Positions 29,770 through 38,817 of a stretch of DNA of 64,000 nucleotides are shown here, in pieces. The notes beneath the pieces were generated by a model. The model was not told the origin of the DNA. It worked only from the letters and a program-made list of their open reading frames with translations, and did not search any database. Numbering within the stretch: position 1 is the stretch's first letter; each line of letters begins with the position of its first letter. The stretch comes from Acidimicrobiales bacterium (lineage in GTDB: Bacteria; Actinomycetota; Acidimicrobiia; Acidimicrobiales; SZUA-35), in the NCBI GenBank assembly GCA_037969565.1, contig JBBKXQ010000049.1, positions 6,495 to 70,494 on the forward strand, given 5' to 3'. A program made the position numbers and the translations under genes.

Positions 29770-29823
29770 CCAAACATGCGCCCTTTCCTTCTCCAACAAT
29801 CGCAAGACGAGTAGGTTCCGGAA

Positions 29824-30318
29824 ATGAAGTATGCAGAGGGCCCGACGACCGAACAGAGCATCGACATTGCCGCAACGGCTGATGAGATCTGGACGCTGGT
29901 GAGCGACCCCGCATTTCCGGCCCGTCAGAGTTCGGAACTACAGGAAGCGAGTTGGGATCCGGACGGTCCGCGGCCGGGACTCGGCGCCAGGATTCTGGGC
30001 CGTAATCGCCACGAAGCCATCGGTGAGTGGTCCACGAGTTCCACCGTCGTCGAATGGGAGGAGAATGTCGGCTTCAGCTGGGCCGTGGTCGACCCCGAAA
30101 CTCCATCCGCCCAATGGTGGTTTGCCATCGAACCGGCCGGAGATCGCTGCCGATTGACCCAGCGCGTCCGGCTCGGCCCCGGACCATCAGGCCTCACCCC
30201 GGCCATCCAACGAATGCCCGACCGGGAGGATGAGATCGTCGATCGCCGGCTCCGCTTCCACGATGACAACATGCGGGCCAATCTGGAAGCAGTGAAGGCC
30301 GAACTCGAACACCCTTGA
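29824..30318 (+). CDS. SRPBCC family protein
   Basis: IDIAATADEIWTLVSD..GARILGRN..W..NM..L; TAGGTT 6 nt before ATG. Confidence 0.8.
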   Translation: MKYAEGPTTEQSIDIAATADEIWTLVSDPAFPARQSSELQEASWDPDGPRPGLGARILGRNRHEAIGEWSTSSTVVEWEENVGFSWAVVDPETPSAQWWFAIEPAGDRCRLTQRVRLGPGPSGLTPAIQRMPDREDEIVDRRLRFHDDNMRANLEAVKAELEHP

Positions 30319-30336
30319 TCCGTTTCGCCTTTCAGC

Positions 30337-31656
30337 TCACGCGGCCCAGTGCACCCGGGCGAACGTCAACGTCGAGCAGTACCAGACATCGTGATCATCG
30401 CCCGGCGTCAGGAACATGCCGTTGGCCACGGATGATCCGACGTCGACCCGGTCGATCGTGTCGCCAGTGGCAGCGTCGATCACGACCAACCGATCGGGAC
30501 CGTCCGAGCAATCGTTGATCACCAACTCACCTGTCGCCGCGAAAGCGAGGGGTTGCATCGTCGCCCGGATGGCTGAAATCCAACGGGTTTCGAGTGTGAT
30601 GTCGTCAAGGCCGGCGAGTCCGCCGTTGATGCTGTCCCAACACACGACGAGGCCGTGATCCGGCAGATGAATCGGTGGCGCGATGATGCCACCTCCAACG
30701 CTGTCGAACGGGGCCACTTCGGCCACCTGGCCGCTCTCGAGATCGACCCGCAACAAGCGTTGGGGACCGGGCCACGGCGCCGGCAATCTCCAGCTGATGG
30801 TCCGGCCGGGTGCTGCTGGGAACCGGCCGTTCGGGTGTTGGTCGAACAATCTGCGAACGCTCGGGATGTCACCGTTGTCCATCAGCCAGCCGTAGCCCCC
30901 CGACAGGCAGGAATCCCACGCGAGGCCCTGGGATTCGTCGGACCGATACAGGGGTCGCCAGTCCTCGTCGACGACCAACTGGTCTGCATCGACCCGAATC
31001 CGGAAGACGTGGTTGGTGCCGGGCACGTAGATGAACTCACCCTCGGGAGTGAGGTCGGCGGCAATGCGGCCCATCGAACCCTCGGGCAGAACGAGCGGGG
31101 CGTGTACCGGCTCGAGCGTCGTCGGATCGACGCGAGTGAGGGTCGAGCCGCCGTCTCCACCCAGTCGCAGGTCCTTCGTGACGATCGTGCCGTCACTCAG
31201 GATCAGGAGGCCATTGTGGGCCTGGTCGACAGCAAGTCGAGATTCGGCGAGGACCTCACAATCGGGAGAGATCCGATGGAGGTAGGAACCGTTCACGTTG
31301 TACAACGAGCCGTTGGCATGAATCGCAAGCGACCCACACCAGACGTGATCGCCACAAGGAAGCGGCAATGTCTCGGCCGTGGGCATCAGCGTGTCCGGGT
31401 CGATCCGCTGCACCCAGCCGAACGGCGGGTCGCCATGGAATGCCGCCATCGTGCCCGAGAGGAACCACTCGCCGGGGTCGCGGCGAACGACCATCACGTT
31501 CCAGCGGCCGTTCGCCGACGTGATCACCGTGGCATCTCGGTTCGCCGCATCGAGCGGGGCCGACGTGGTCTTCTGGCGCCGATTGCCGCCGCACTCAACC
31601 GCCCAAGGCGACCGCCAGTAGCCCGAATGCGCCTCGTCTCGGTCGATCCCGGTCAT
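30337..31656 (-). CDS. Hypothetical protein, possibly beta-propeller
   Basis: 439-aa ORF with beta-rich repeats; TATGGT 6 nt before ATG. Confidence 0.65.
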   Translation of the reverse strand: MTGIDRDEAHSGYWRSPWAVECGGNRRQKTTSAPLDAANRDATVITSANGRWNVMVVRRDPGEWFLSGTMAAFHGDPPFGWVQRIDPDTLMPTAETLPLPCGDHVWCGSLAIHANGSLYNVNGSYLHRISPDCEVLAESRLAVDQAHNGLLILSDGTIVTKDLRLGGDGGSTLTRVDPTTLEPVHAPLVLPEGSMGRIAADLTPEGEFIYVPGTNHVFRIRVDADQLVVDEDWRPLYRSDESQGLAWDSCLSGGYGWLMDNGDIPSVRRLFDQHPNGRFPAAPGRTISWRLPAPWPGPQRLLRVDLESGQVAEVAPFDSVGGGIIAPPIHLPDHGLVVCWDSINGGLAGLDDITLETRWISAIRATMQPLAFAATGELVINDCSDGPDRLVVIDAATGDTIDRVDVGSSVANGMFLTPGDDHDVWYCSTLTFARVHWAA

Positions 31657-31770
31657 CGGCTCACCATAGGTGAGGCCGAAGAAGCGATCGATTCTCCCTC
31701 AACGGCAGACGTGGCGTTGCCGACCAGAGAACGTCGGCAAAGGAAGATCGTCAGGGAACACGTCAGGCAG

Positions 31771-31808
31771 GTGACGTTCTCTCTCGGAAGAAGGTTTGGG
31801 GGTACGGT
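31771..31808 (+). promoter_or_regulatory. Degenerate MerR operator and -10 box upstream of merR-family gene
   Basis: GTGACGTTCTCTCTCGGAAGAAGGTTT matches the operator at 32283 in 21 of 27 positions; TACGGT at 31803-31808. Confidence 0.6.
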
Positions 31809-31815
31809 CGACAAC

Positions 31816-32241
31816 ATGTTGATCGGGCAACTTGCCGACGCACTCGGGATCCCGACCAGAACCGTTCGGTTCTACGAGCGCAAGGGTCTCCTGCCGGACC
31901 CCCAGCGGGCCAAGAACGGATACCGCGTTTACGACGACGCCACGCTCACCCGCTTGAGATTCATCCGCAGGGCCCAGACCGCAGGGCTCACGCTCGCCGA
32001 GATAGCCAGTGTGATCCGTGTCCGCGACGACGGCAGCGCGCCTTGCAGCCACGTGGAGGCACTGCTCGAGAGGCGACTGGCTGACGTACGCGACCGACGA
32101 CGACATCTCGCCGAACTCGAATCCGAACTCGTCCAACTCCTCGACCGCAGTAGCCATCTCGATCCCGCCGCCTGCGCAGCGGGCGAGATCTGCCACATCT
32201 TCAGTACCGACGACGGGGACGAAGGGTCGCCTGGCGGCTGA
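31816..32241 (+). CDS. MerR-family heavy-metal-responsive regulator
   Basis: IGQLADALGIPTRTVRFYERKGLL, NGYRVY, GLTLAEI; Cys in APC and C..AGEIC. Confidence 0.92.
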   Translation: MLIGQLADALGIPTRTVRFYERKGLLPDPQRAKNGYRVYDDATLTRLRFIRRAQTAGLTLAEIASVIRVRDDGSAPCSHVEALLERRLADVRDRRRHLAELESELVQLLDRSSHLDPAACAAGEICHIFSTDDGDEGSPGG

Positions 32242-32282
32242 CTGGCTGAGCCGGCCCGATGTCCTGACCGGCACGATCGCCC

Positions 32283-32314
32283 TTGACCTTCTCCTGCAGA
32301 AGAAGGTTTACCGT
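32283..32314 (+). promoter_or_regulatory. MerR-type promoter with long spacer and dyad operator
   Basis: TTGACC-20 nt-TACCGT; palindrome ACCTTCT-c-CTGCAG-a-AGAAGGT at 32286-32307; ATG 6 nt after -10. Confidence 0.8.
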
Positions 32315-32320
32315 GGCGTC

Positions 32321-32632
32321 ATGGACATCACCTTGCTGTACTTCGATGGTTGCCCGAACTGGGTGCAGGCGGCCGAGCACCTCGACGCTCTGGCCCGCGA
32401 GTTCCCGGATGTCGGTGTCACCCGCCGCCTCGTCGACACCGACGGTGAGGCCCAGCAGATCGGCTTTCACGGGTCACCGAGCATCCTGATCGACGGCGTC
32501 GACGTCTTTGCCCCGGAGGACGCCCCGGTGGGGTTGTCGTGTCGGATGTACCAGACCCCGGACGGTTTCGCAGGCTCGCCGACGATCGAGCAGCTCCGTG
32601 ACGCTGTGACGACGCGTCGACCGACACGGTGA
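32321..32632 (+). CDS. Small thioredoxin-fold protein of the type found in actinobacterial mer-like loci
   Basis: ITLLYFDGCPNW, FHGSPSILIDG, GLSCRMY. Confidence 0.75.
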   Translation: MDITLLYFDGCPNWVQAAEHLDALAREFPDVGVTRRLVDTDGEAQQIGFHGSPSILIDGVDVFAPEDAPVGLSCRMYQTPDGFAGSPTIEQLRDAVTTRRPTR

Positions 32633-32634
32633 CG

Positions 32635-33989
32635 ATGAGCAACCCACATGACCTGATCGTGGTCGGTGCCGGCATGGCCGGCGTCGCCGCCGCCAACAAA
32701 TGCGCATCCGCCGGATGGCGAGTCGCAATCGTCGACGAGCTCCCGTATGGCGGGACGTGCGCCTTGCGCGGCTGTGACCCGAAGAAGATCCTTCGTCGCG
32801 GAGCCGAGATCATCGACAGCGCACGCCTCATGCGTAGCAAGGGTGTCGACAGCGACGGCCTCTCGATGAACTGGGCCGATCTGATGAAGCACAAGCGCGG
32901 CTTCACCGACCCGGTCCCGCAGAACATGGAAGACGAACTGAGGCACAACGGCGTCGAAACTCTTCATGGCACGGCCCGATTCACGGCCCCGGACATGCTT
33001 GACATCGACGGCACGAGTTACGGGGCGCACCATTTCATGATCGCCACGGGCGCCCGACCGAAGCCGATGGATTTTCCCGGCGCCGAGCATCTGATCGACA
33101 GCACCGACTTCCTCGACCTCGACGAGCTGCCCGGACGGATCCTGTTCATCGGGGGTGGATTCATCTCCTTCGAATTCGCCCACATCGTCGCCCGAGCGGG
33201 CAGCCAACCGGTGATCATTGATCGCGGCTCGCGACCACTCAAAGGATTCGACCCTGACCTCGTCGAACTGCTGATCACCCGGAGCCTTGATGTCGGCATC
33301 GACCTTCGGCGCGCGAGACCGTTGTCACTTCAGTCGAGCCGAATGGCAACGGTTACCGGGTCACGGCTGAAGCAGCCGGTGAAGCGTCGACCATCGAGAC
33401 CGACCTGATCGTCCACGGCGCCGGTCGTATCGCGCAGCTGTCCCGCCTCGGGCTCGACGTCGCCGACGTTGCCTTCGGCGAGAAGGGCGTGAACGTCGCC
33501 GGCCATCTCCAGAGCACCACCAATCCCCGCGTCTTCGCCGCCGGCGACTCCGCCGACAGCCGAGGCATGCCGCTCACCCCTGTCGCGGTGTTCGAGGGCA
33601 AGGTCGCAGCGTCGAACATGCTCGAGAACACCACCGTCGTCCCGGACTACGACGGCGTTCCCACCGCCGTGTTCACGATCCCCGAACTCGGGCGGGTCGG
33701 AGTCCTCGAAGCCGACGCCCGAGCGAGCGGCATCGACGTCGACGTCCGCTACCGCGACACCAGCGACTGGTACTCCAACTACCGAGTGGGCGAGACCACG
33801 GCCGCAGTCAAGATCCTCGTCGACACGTCGAAGGACACCATCGTCGGTGCCCACATGTTCGGACCCGAGTACGGCGAACTCATCAACTTCTGCGCACTCG
33901 CCATCAAGCTCGGGCTCACCACGCGTCAACTCAAATCAATGACGGCCGCCTATCCGACCGTGACCTCGGACCTGGGTTCGATGCTCTGA
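32635..33989 (+). pseudogene. Glutathione reductase/dihydrolipoyl dehydrogenase-like flavoprotein, frameshifted near 33310-33315
   Basis: GAGMAG and GGTCALRGCDPKK in one frame; ETVVTSVE..VHGAGR..FAAGD..AYPTVTSDL continues in another; extra dinucleotide in CGGCGCGCGAG. Confidence 0.8.
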
Positions 33990-34052
33990 GTTCGGGCGGT
34001 TCGGTCACGGTCTTCGAGGCGGTCGAGCCCGCGCATCGTCTACGTTTCGAGG

Positions 34053-35219
34053 ATGACCAGCGACAGAGAACCGGCTTCGGTTGTCGACGTTCGCGAGGCC
34101 AGGAAGCTGTTCCCGGCCACGGCTGCCTCGGCCTACTTCAACACCGCAGCAGTGGGGCTGGCGAGCCTCGGCTTGACGGCTGCCTTTCACCGTTTCATCG
34201 ACGAGTGGTCTGCATCTGGTCTGGACTATGTGCGCGGGGAGTCCGCAGCCGAAACTGCCAGGGCGTCAGCGGCGGCTCTGATGGGCGCTGACCGGTCCGA
34301 CATCGCCTTGATCGCGTCGGTGTCTGCCGCCGCCGGGCTCGTCGCTGCTCAGTTCGGGCCCGCCGCCAGCGGCCAGAACGTGGTGATCGGCGAACGCGAA
34401 TACAGCTCGAACCATTTCCCGTGGCGGCTACTCGCCGGAAAGGGCTATGAGGTGCGCCAAGTGCCCTTCCGCAACGGTGGCCTCGAACCCGAAGACATCG
34501 CACGACACGTGGATCGCGGGACGCAGCTGGTCGCGTTCAGTGCCGTCCAAACGGCATCCGGGCATCGGTCCGACATCCCGGCCATCAGTCAGTTGGCGCG
34601 TTCAGTGGGTGCAATTGTCTTTGTAGACGGCTCTCAGATGATCGGCGCGATGCCGGTTGCTGCCGACCTCGGCTTCGTTGACGTGTTGGCAACGTCAGAT
34701 CACAAGTTCCTGATGAATGCCGGCCGTGGGGTCGGGTACTGCTACTTGTCGCCCGACATCCAAGATCGGTTCAGCCCGCTCAACGCCGGGTGGAAGGCCG
34801 GACGAGCGCCATTCGAGAGCTTCTTCGGGCCAACCATGGACCTCTCTTCTACCGCCTCGCGGTTTGACAACTCGATCAGTTGGCTCGCTGCGATCGGCGA
34901 CGAAGCCGCGCTCTCGGTCTTCGACACGTTCGGATCTGGCGTGATCTTCCGCCGAAACAGTGAACTGGCCGGACTGCTCCGGTCAGCGATGGCCGACATC
35001 GGCCGCGAGCCGATCAAGCTTCCGGTTGCCAATCGCAGCACGATCGTGTCCGTGCCCCTCGGTGACGTTGATGCTGCTGAACTTCTGGTGCAACTCGAGC
35101 GGCGCGGCATCGTCTGTTCGGCTCGCGACGGCAATCTGCGTCTGGCGATCCACTTCTACAACCACGAAGACGACATCGACCAGATCACGAGCGCTCTCAC
35201 CGAACTGCGACTTCGTTAG
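34053..35219 (+). CDS. Class V PLP-dependent aminotransferase family protein
   Basis: YFNTAAVG, EYSSN, FVDGSQ, SDHKFL, RLAIHFYN. Confidence 0.85.
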   Translation: MTSDREPASVVDVREARKLFPATAASAYFNTAAVGLASLGLTAAFHRFIDEWSASGLDYVRGESAAETARASAAALMGADRSDIALIASVSAAAGLVAAQFGPAASGQNVVIGEREYSSNHFPWRLLAGKGYEVRQVPFRNGGLEPEDIARHVDRGTQLVAFSAVQTASGHRSDIPAISQLARSVGAIVFVDGSQMIGAMPVAADLGFVDVLATSDHKFLMNAGRGVGYCYLSPDIQDRFSPLNAGWKAGRAPFESFFGPTMDLSSTASRFDNSISWLAAIGDEAALSVFDTFGSGVIFRRNSELAGLLRSAMADIGREPIKLPVANRSTIVSVPLGDVDAAELLVQLERRGIVCSARDGNLRLAIHFYNHEDDIDQITSALTELRLR

Positions 35220-35231
35220 CCTCTCCGATCG

Positions 35232-36011
35232 ATGCGTCTCGAATCCGGCACCGCCTCCGCAACATTCAGCCTCTCGAATGGTGGAAGGCTGGCGTCCTTG
35301 GTGGTGTTCGGAAATGAGCTCCTCATCACCGCCCACGAAGCACCGCTGGGTTGGGGTGCGTATCCCATGGTGCCCTACGCAGGCCGAGTCGATCGCGGGA
35401 GGTTCAGATTTGACGGCCGTGATCACGATCTACCCGTCGCGATGGCCCCCCACGCCATACACGGGACCGTCTGGGATCAGTCGTGGGAGAAGACCGGCGA
35501 AGGTGAGATGGGCATCGATCTCGTCGACCCCTGGCCGCTCGGCGGCTCGGTTGCTCAATCGGTGTCACTCACCGATGAGACCCTCACCCTCACGCTCACC
35601 CTCACGGCTGGACCCACCCCGATGCCGGCGATGCTCGGATGGCATCCCTGGTTTCGTCGTGTGCTCACCTCGGGAGCCGAGGCTTCGCTCCAGCTGGACC
35701 CGACGTCGATGTATGAAGTCGACGACGACGCCATTCCGACCGGGCGACTGATCGATCCGCCGACAGGGCCGTGGGACGACTGTTTCACAGGGCTGCGGGC
35801 CGATCCGACGATCACCTGGCCTGGTGTGCTCGAGCTGACCTTGTCGTCTTCGTGCACGGACTGGGTGGTGTTCACCGAACGGGAACACGCGCTCTGCGTC
35901 GAACCCCAGACGGCGGCGCCCGACGCGTTCAATCGAACCCCGGACGTGCTCGCTTCAGGTGAGCAACTTCGGGCCACCTTCACGCTCGCCTGGCGAAATC
36001 TCGCCTCGTGA
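35232..36011 (+). CDS. Aldose 1-epimerase family protein
   Basis: MVPYAGRV, HAIHG, GWHPWF, WDDCF, CVEPQT. Confidence 0.85.
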   Translation: MRLESGTASATFSLSNGGRLASLVVFGNELLITAHEAPLGWGAYPMVPYAGRVDRGRFRFDGRDHDLPVAMAPHAIHGTVWDQSWEKTGEGEMGIDLVDPWPLGGSVAQSVSLTDETLTLTLTLTAGPTPMPAMLGWHPWFRRVLTSGAEASLQLDPTSMYEVDDDAIPTGRLIDPPTGPWDDCFTGLRADPTITWPGVLELTLSSSCTDWVVFTEREHALCVEPQTAAPDAFNRTPDVLASGEQLRATFTLAWRNLAS

Positions 36012-36050
36012 GGCGAGCGCACGGCCGGCGGAACAGGTAAGAAGTCCGCC

Positions 36051-36515
36051 GTGGACACAGATCGCCTCCTGATGAGCCTGGCTGCCGGCTTCATGCTCGA
36101 CCAGATCGATTCCCGCAGCGCGTTCCCGCTCTACGTCGGCGGCAGCATCTCGCTGCTGGGGCTGATCCTGATGATCATCGCCGGTGGATGGGTCCGTGGG
36201 CTGGGACTGGTTCTGGTGCTGATCGGCATCATCGTGATGCTCGCAGTCTGGCTGGTGAGGGCCGCGGCCCGAACGGCGATTCACAAGTTCGCCCAACCGC
36301 AGGCCATCGTTCAGAAACGGGAACAGGTCAATGCCGCGCTGGTCGACGCCAACCTGCCGACGGGTCCCGTTTCTGCCATTCGGTACATCACCCGCTTCCG
36401 GAAGGGACTGCGACCCGAGATCGCCCGCCTGCGAACGATCTTCACCGATCTGCAGACCGAACTGGATCTCGACCTCGTACCGGGCGAGCCCGGCCGACCC
36501 GAAATCCCTGAGTAG
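36051..36515 (+). CDS. Hypothetical membrane protein
   Basis: Two hydrophobic segments; fits the gap in the operon. Confidence 0.6.
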   Translation: MDTDRLLMSLAAGFMLDQIDSRSAFPLYVGGSISLLGLILMIIAGGWVRGLGLVLVLIGIIVMLAVWLVRAAARTAIHKFAQPQAIVQKREQVNAALVDANLPTGPVSAIRYITRFRKGLRPEIARLRTIFTDLQTELDLDLVPGEPGRPEIPE

Positions 36516-36519
36516 TGCG

Positions 36520-37578
36520 ATGGTCGATTCCGTGCAGTTTCCCGACGAGCATGACATCACTGCCGAGTGGCTGGCCACCGCGTTGGGGGTGTTTGGGGCC
36601 CAGCTGACCGAGACGAGGGTGTCGATCGGCACCGGCCAGGTCGGCGAGAACGTCCGTTTCTCGATCAAATCCGATCATCCGAACCTGCCCACCTCGGTCG
36701 TCGGCAAGTTTCCGTCACTCGACGAGACGAGCCGGCAGACCGCAGTGGCGACCGACGCCTATGTGAAGGAGATCGGGTTCTATCGCGATCTCCAACACAC
36801 CGTGAAGGCCCGAACCCCTCGAATCCACTTTCTGGCCGAGGACCTAGCGAACAATCGTTTCCTCCTGCTCATGGAAGACATCAACGACGCCGTCCAAGGA
36901 GACCAGCTCGCCGGATGCTCGGTCGATCAAGCCCGACTGGCTGTCGACCAATTGGTCGGTCTGCATGCTCCCCATTGGGGATCGACGCAGCTCGCCGACC
37001 TGGCTTGGATGCGGCCCCGGACACCTGAACGAGGAGTCGAGCTATCCGGTCTCTACGCGGCCGTGTTCGAAGGATTCGCCACCCGCTACCGAGCTCGTCT
37101 ATCAGCCGCAGTCATCGAGCTGGGTCGACAATTCGGAGCGCTCATTCCTCGCTGGTTCGGCGCCGGCCAAACGCCGATCACCCTGGTTCACGGCGACTAC
37201 CGACTCGACAACATGTTGTTCGGGAGTGGCGGCGACGCTCCACCGCTCACCATCGTCGACTGGCAAACCACAGCGATCGGCCATGGGCCCGCCGATCTGG
37301 CCTACTTCCTCGGCGCTGGCTTGCTGACGGCGGATCGTCGCGATTCCGAGGAATCCCTGATCAGCCGCTATGTCGATGGCCTCCAGGGTGCGGGGGTGGC
37401 CGTCGACCGGGACGTCATCGGCCATGACTATGCTGTCGGCTCGGCGTCGGGCTATTTGATGGCAGTGATTGCCTCGCAGATTGTTGCCCAGACCGAGCGG
37501 GGCGATGAGATGTTCTGCGTGATGGCCGAACGGCACGCGCAACAGATGGTCGACCGGGATCTGCTGGCCCTGTTCTGA
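36520..37578 (+). CDS. Phosphotransferase (APH/ecdysteroid kinase-like)
   Basis: IGTGQVG, EIGFY, LLMED, HGDYRLDNMLF, VDWQ. Confidence 0.88.
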   Translation: MVDSVQFPDEHDITAEWLATALGVFGAQLTETRVSIGTGQVGENVRFSIKSDHPNLPTSVVGKFPSLDETSRQTAVATDAYVKEIGFYRDLQHTVKARTPRIHFLAEDLANNRFLLLMEDINDAVQGDQLAGCSVDQARLAVDQLVGLHAPHWGSTQLADLAWMRPRTPERGVELSGLYAAVFEGFATRYRARLSAAVIELGRQFGALIPRWFGAGQTPITLVHGDYRLDNMLFGSGGDAPPLTIVDWQTTAIGHGPADLAYFLGAGLLTADRRDSEESLISRYVDGLQGAGVAVDRDVIGHDYAVGSASGYLMAVIASQIVAQTERGDEMFCVMAERHAQQMVDRDLLALF

Positions 37579-37672
37579 GCCAGCACTGTTTTGAGCTAGC
37601 ACTGTTTTGAGCCAGCACTGTTTTGAGCCAGCACTGTTTTGAGCTAGCACTGTGCTGGGCTGGCACTGCTCT
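37577..37672. repeat. 16-bp tandem repeat GAGCYAGCACTGTTTT x6 (last two degenerate)
   Basis: Units start at 37577, 37593, 37609, 37625, 37641, 37657; begins inside a stop codon between convergent genes. Confidence 0.92.
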
Positions 37673-37679
37673 GAATACT

Positions 37680-38363
37680 TCAGTGGGAGCGGTCTTGCCA
37701 GGTGCAGATGCAGGCTTCGTTTCCTTCCGGATCGGCCAGGACCCAGAACGCCTTGGCGTATTCATCGGAGAGCAGCGTGCCGCCCGCATCGATGGCTGCA
37801 GAAACTCGCTGTTCAGCGAGTTGGTGCGGGATCGTGGCGTCGATGTGGATTCGATTGCGTTGGGGTCGAGCCTCGTCCATTTGCTGAAACCAGATGTCTG
37901 GACCACGTCCAGTGGGATCATGGATGCTGTCGATCTGGCCAGACTCGGATGCCGGACCCGGTCGATAGCCGAGCAAGGCCAGCCAAAAAGGTCGAACCGC
38001 ATCGAAGTCGAGCGCATCGATGGCCACCTCGACGATGAGGCCGACGTCTGGTTCCATGGTGGCGCCGACCTCGCCAGCCAACTCGGAGACTGCGGCAGCC
38101 AGCGTTGCATCGAGAGCGGTCAATCCCCCGACGTCATGCGTGGTCAGCGAGATCCGCACTCGATCGGGATAGCGAATCTGGATGTCGGGGTGGTGTTGGT
38201 GCTCTTCGGCGAGTTCGGCCACCTGCTGGGCGAACGCGGTGGCGGCCACGAACGATCCGGCCCGAAACGCTCCCTCCACCTGGCCCAGCATGATGTTCCA
38301 TCCCGGCAACGGGAATCGTTGGCGGAATTCCTTGGCTGTGACTCGCTCGGGACGCTTCGGCAT
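37680..38363 (-). CDS. Pterin-4a-carbinolamine dehydratase-like/VOC fusion protein
   Basis: AEEHQHHPDI..THDVGGLT..D plus RNRIHID..FWVLADPEGNEAC; TACGAT 6 nt before ATG. Confidence 0.85.
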   Translation of the reverse strand: MPKRPERVTAKEFRQRFPLPGWNIMLGQVEGAFRAGSFVAATAFAQQVAELAEEHQHHPDIQIRYPDRVRISLTTHDVGGLTALDATLAAAVSELAGEVGATMEPDVGLIVEVAIDALDFDAVRPFWLALLGYRPGPASESGQIDSIHDPTGRGPDIWFQQMDEARPQRNRIHIDATIPHQLAEQRVSAAIDAGGTLLSDEYAKAFWVLADPEGNEACICTWQDRSH

Positions 38364-38395
38364 CTCCGAATCGTAGAGGTTCGAATCGGTGGGGG

Positions 38396-38626
38396 TCAGT
38401 TGACTTGCCCACCGAGTCCGCTGTCGTCGCCAAAGGCGAAGAAGGCGACAACAACGAGTACGAAAATGGTGACGAGGGCCAGCCACTGGATGGTCGCGCT
38501 CATGTTGGCTCGTTGGGTGCCACTCCGACGATTCGAACTCCCACGATTCCGACTGCGACTGGAGCGCTTGTTGCGGTCGGCCCCGTTCTTGGTCGCCTTG
38601 CTCTTGTTCGCACTGCTCGATGCCAT
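38396..38626 (-). CDS. Small basic single-TM protein
   Basis: MASSSANKSK..basic N terminus then WLALVTIFVLVVVAFFAF; start uncertain. Confidence 0.55.
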   Translation of the reverse strand: MASSSANKSKATKNGADRNKRSSRSRNRGSSNRRSGTQRANMSATIQWLALVTIFVLVVVAFFAFGDDSGLGGQVN

Positions 38627-38654
38627 GAACCCCAAACCGTCGTGGAACACCGAT

Positions 38655-38684
38655 TTGTTCCATCTCGTTTTGTTCCATCTCGTT
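38655..38684. repeat. 15-bp tandem duplication TTGTTCCATCTCGTT x2
   Basis: Direct reading. Confidence 0.8.
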
Positions 38685-38722
38685 CGACCAACGACATTTG
38701 TTCCGACGGCCGGTCGTTCTGT

Positions 38723-38757
38723 TGCCTTCCTTCTGCCTTCCTTCTGCCTTCCTTCTG
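38723..38757. repeat. 11-bp pyrimidine-rich tandem repeat TGCCTTCCTTC x3
   Basis: Direct reading in divergent intergenic region. Confidence 0.85.
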
Positions 38758-38817
38758 TCGTCAGTGGCCGCAACCGATTCACCGGGGGGAAGGACGATTG
38801 CGATACATTTCCTGCCG

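Noticed and set aside
28123-29805. Long antisense ORFs such as this 560-aa one (also 12795-14162, 41864-43018, 47690-48697)
   Set aside because: Mirror frames of well-supported genes, expected at high GC
30655-32241. 528-aa MerR fusion in the ORF track
   Set aside because: The N-terminal part is the antisense shadow of 30337-31656; the real start is ATG 31816 after a -10 box
32635-33989. Mercuric reductase merA
   Set aside because: No C-terminal Cys-Cys pair, no NmerA domain, and active site is CALRGC rather than CVNVGC
31660-34050. Mobile element carrying the MerR module
   Set aside because: No transposase, integrase, terminal inverted repeats or target duplication that I can identify
34053-35219. 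Selenocysteine lyase/cysteine desulfurase linked to the selenoprotein
   Set aside because: Lacks the RxGxHC or SSGSAC catalytic loop, and is 8 kb away with no operon link
37577-37672. CRISPR array (GTTTTGAGCTAG resembles the start of type II repeats)
   Set aside because: Units are contiguous 16-mers with no spacers, and there are no cas genes in the window
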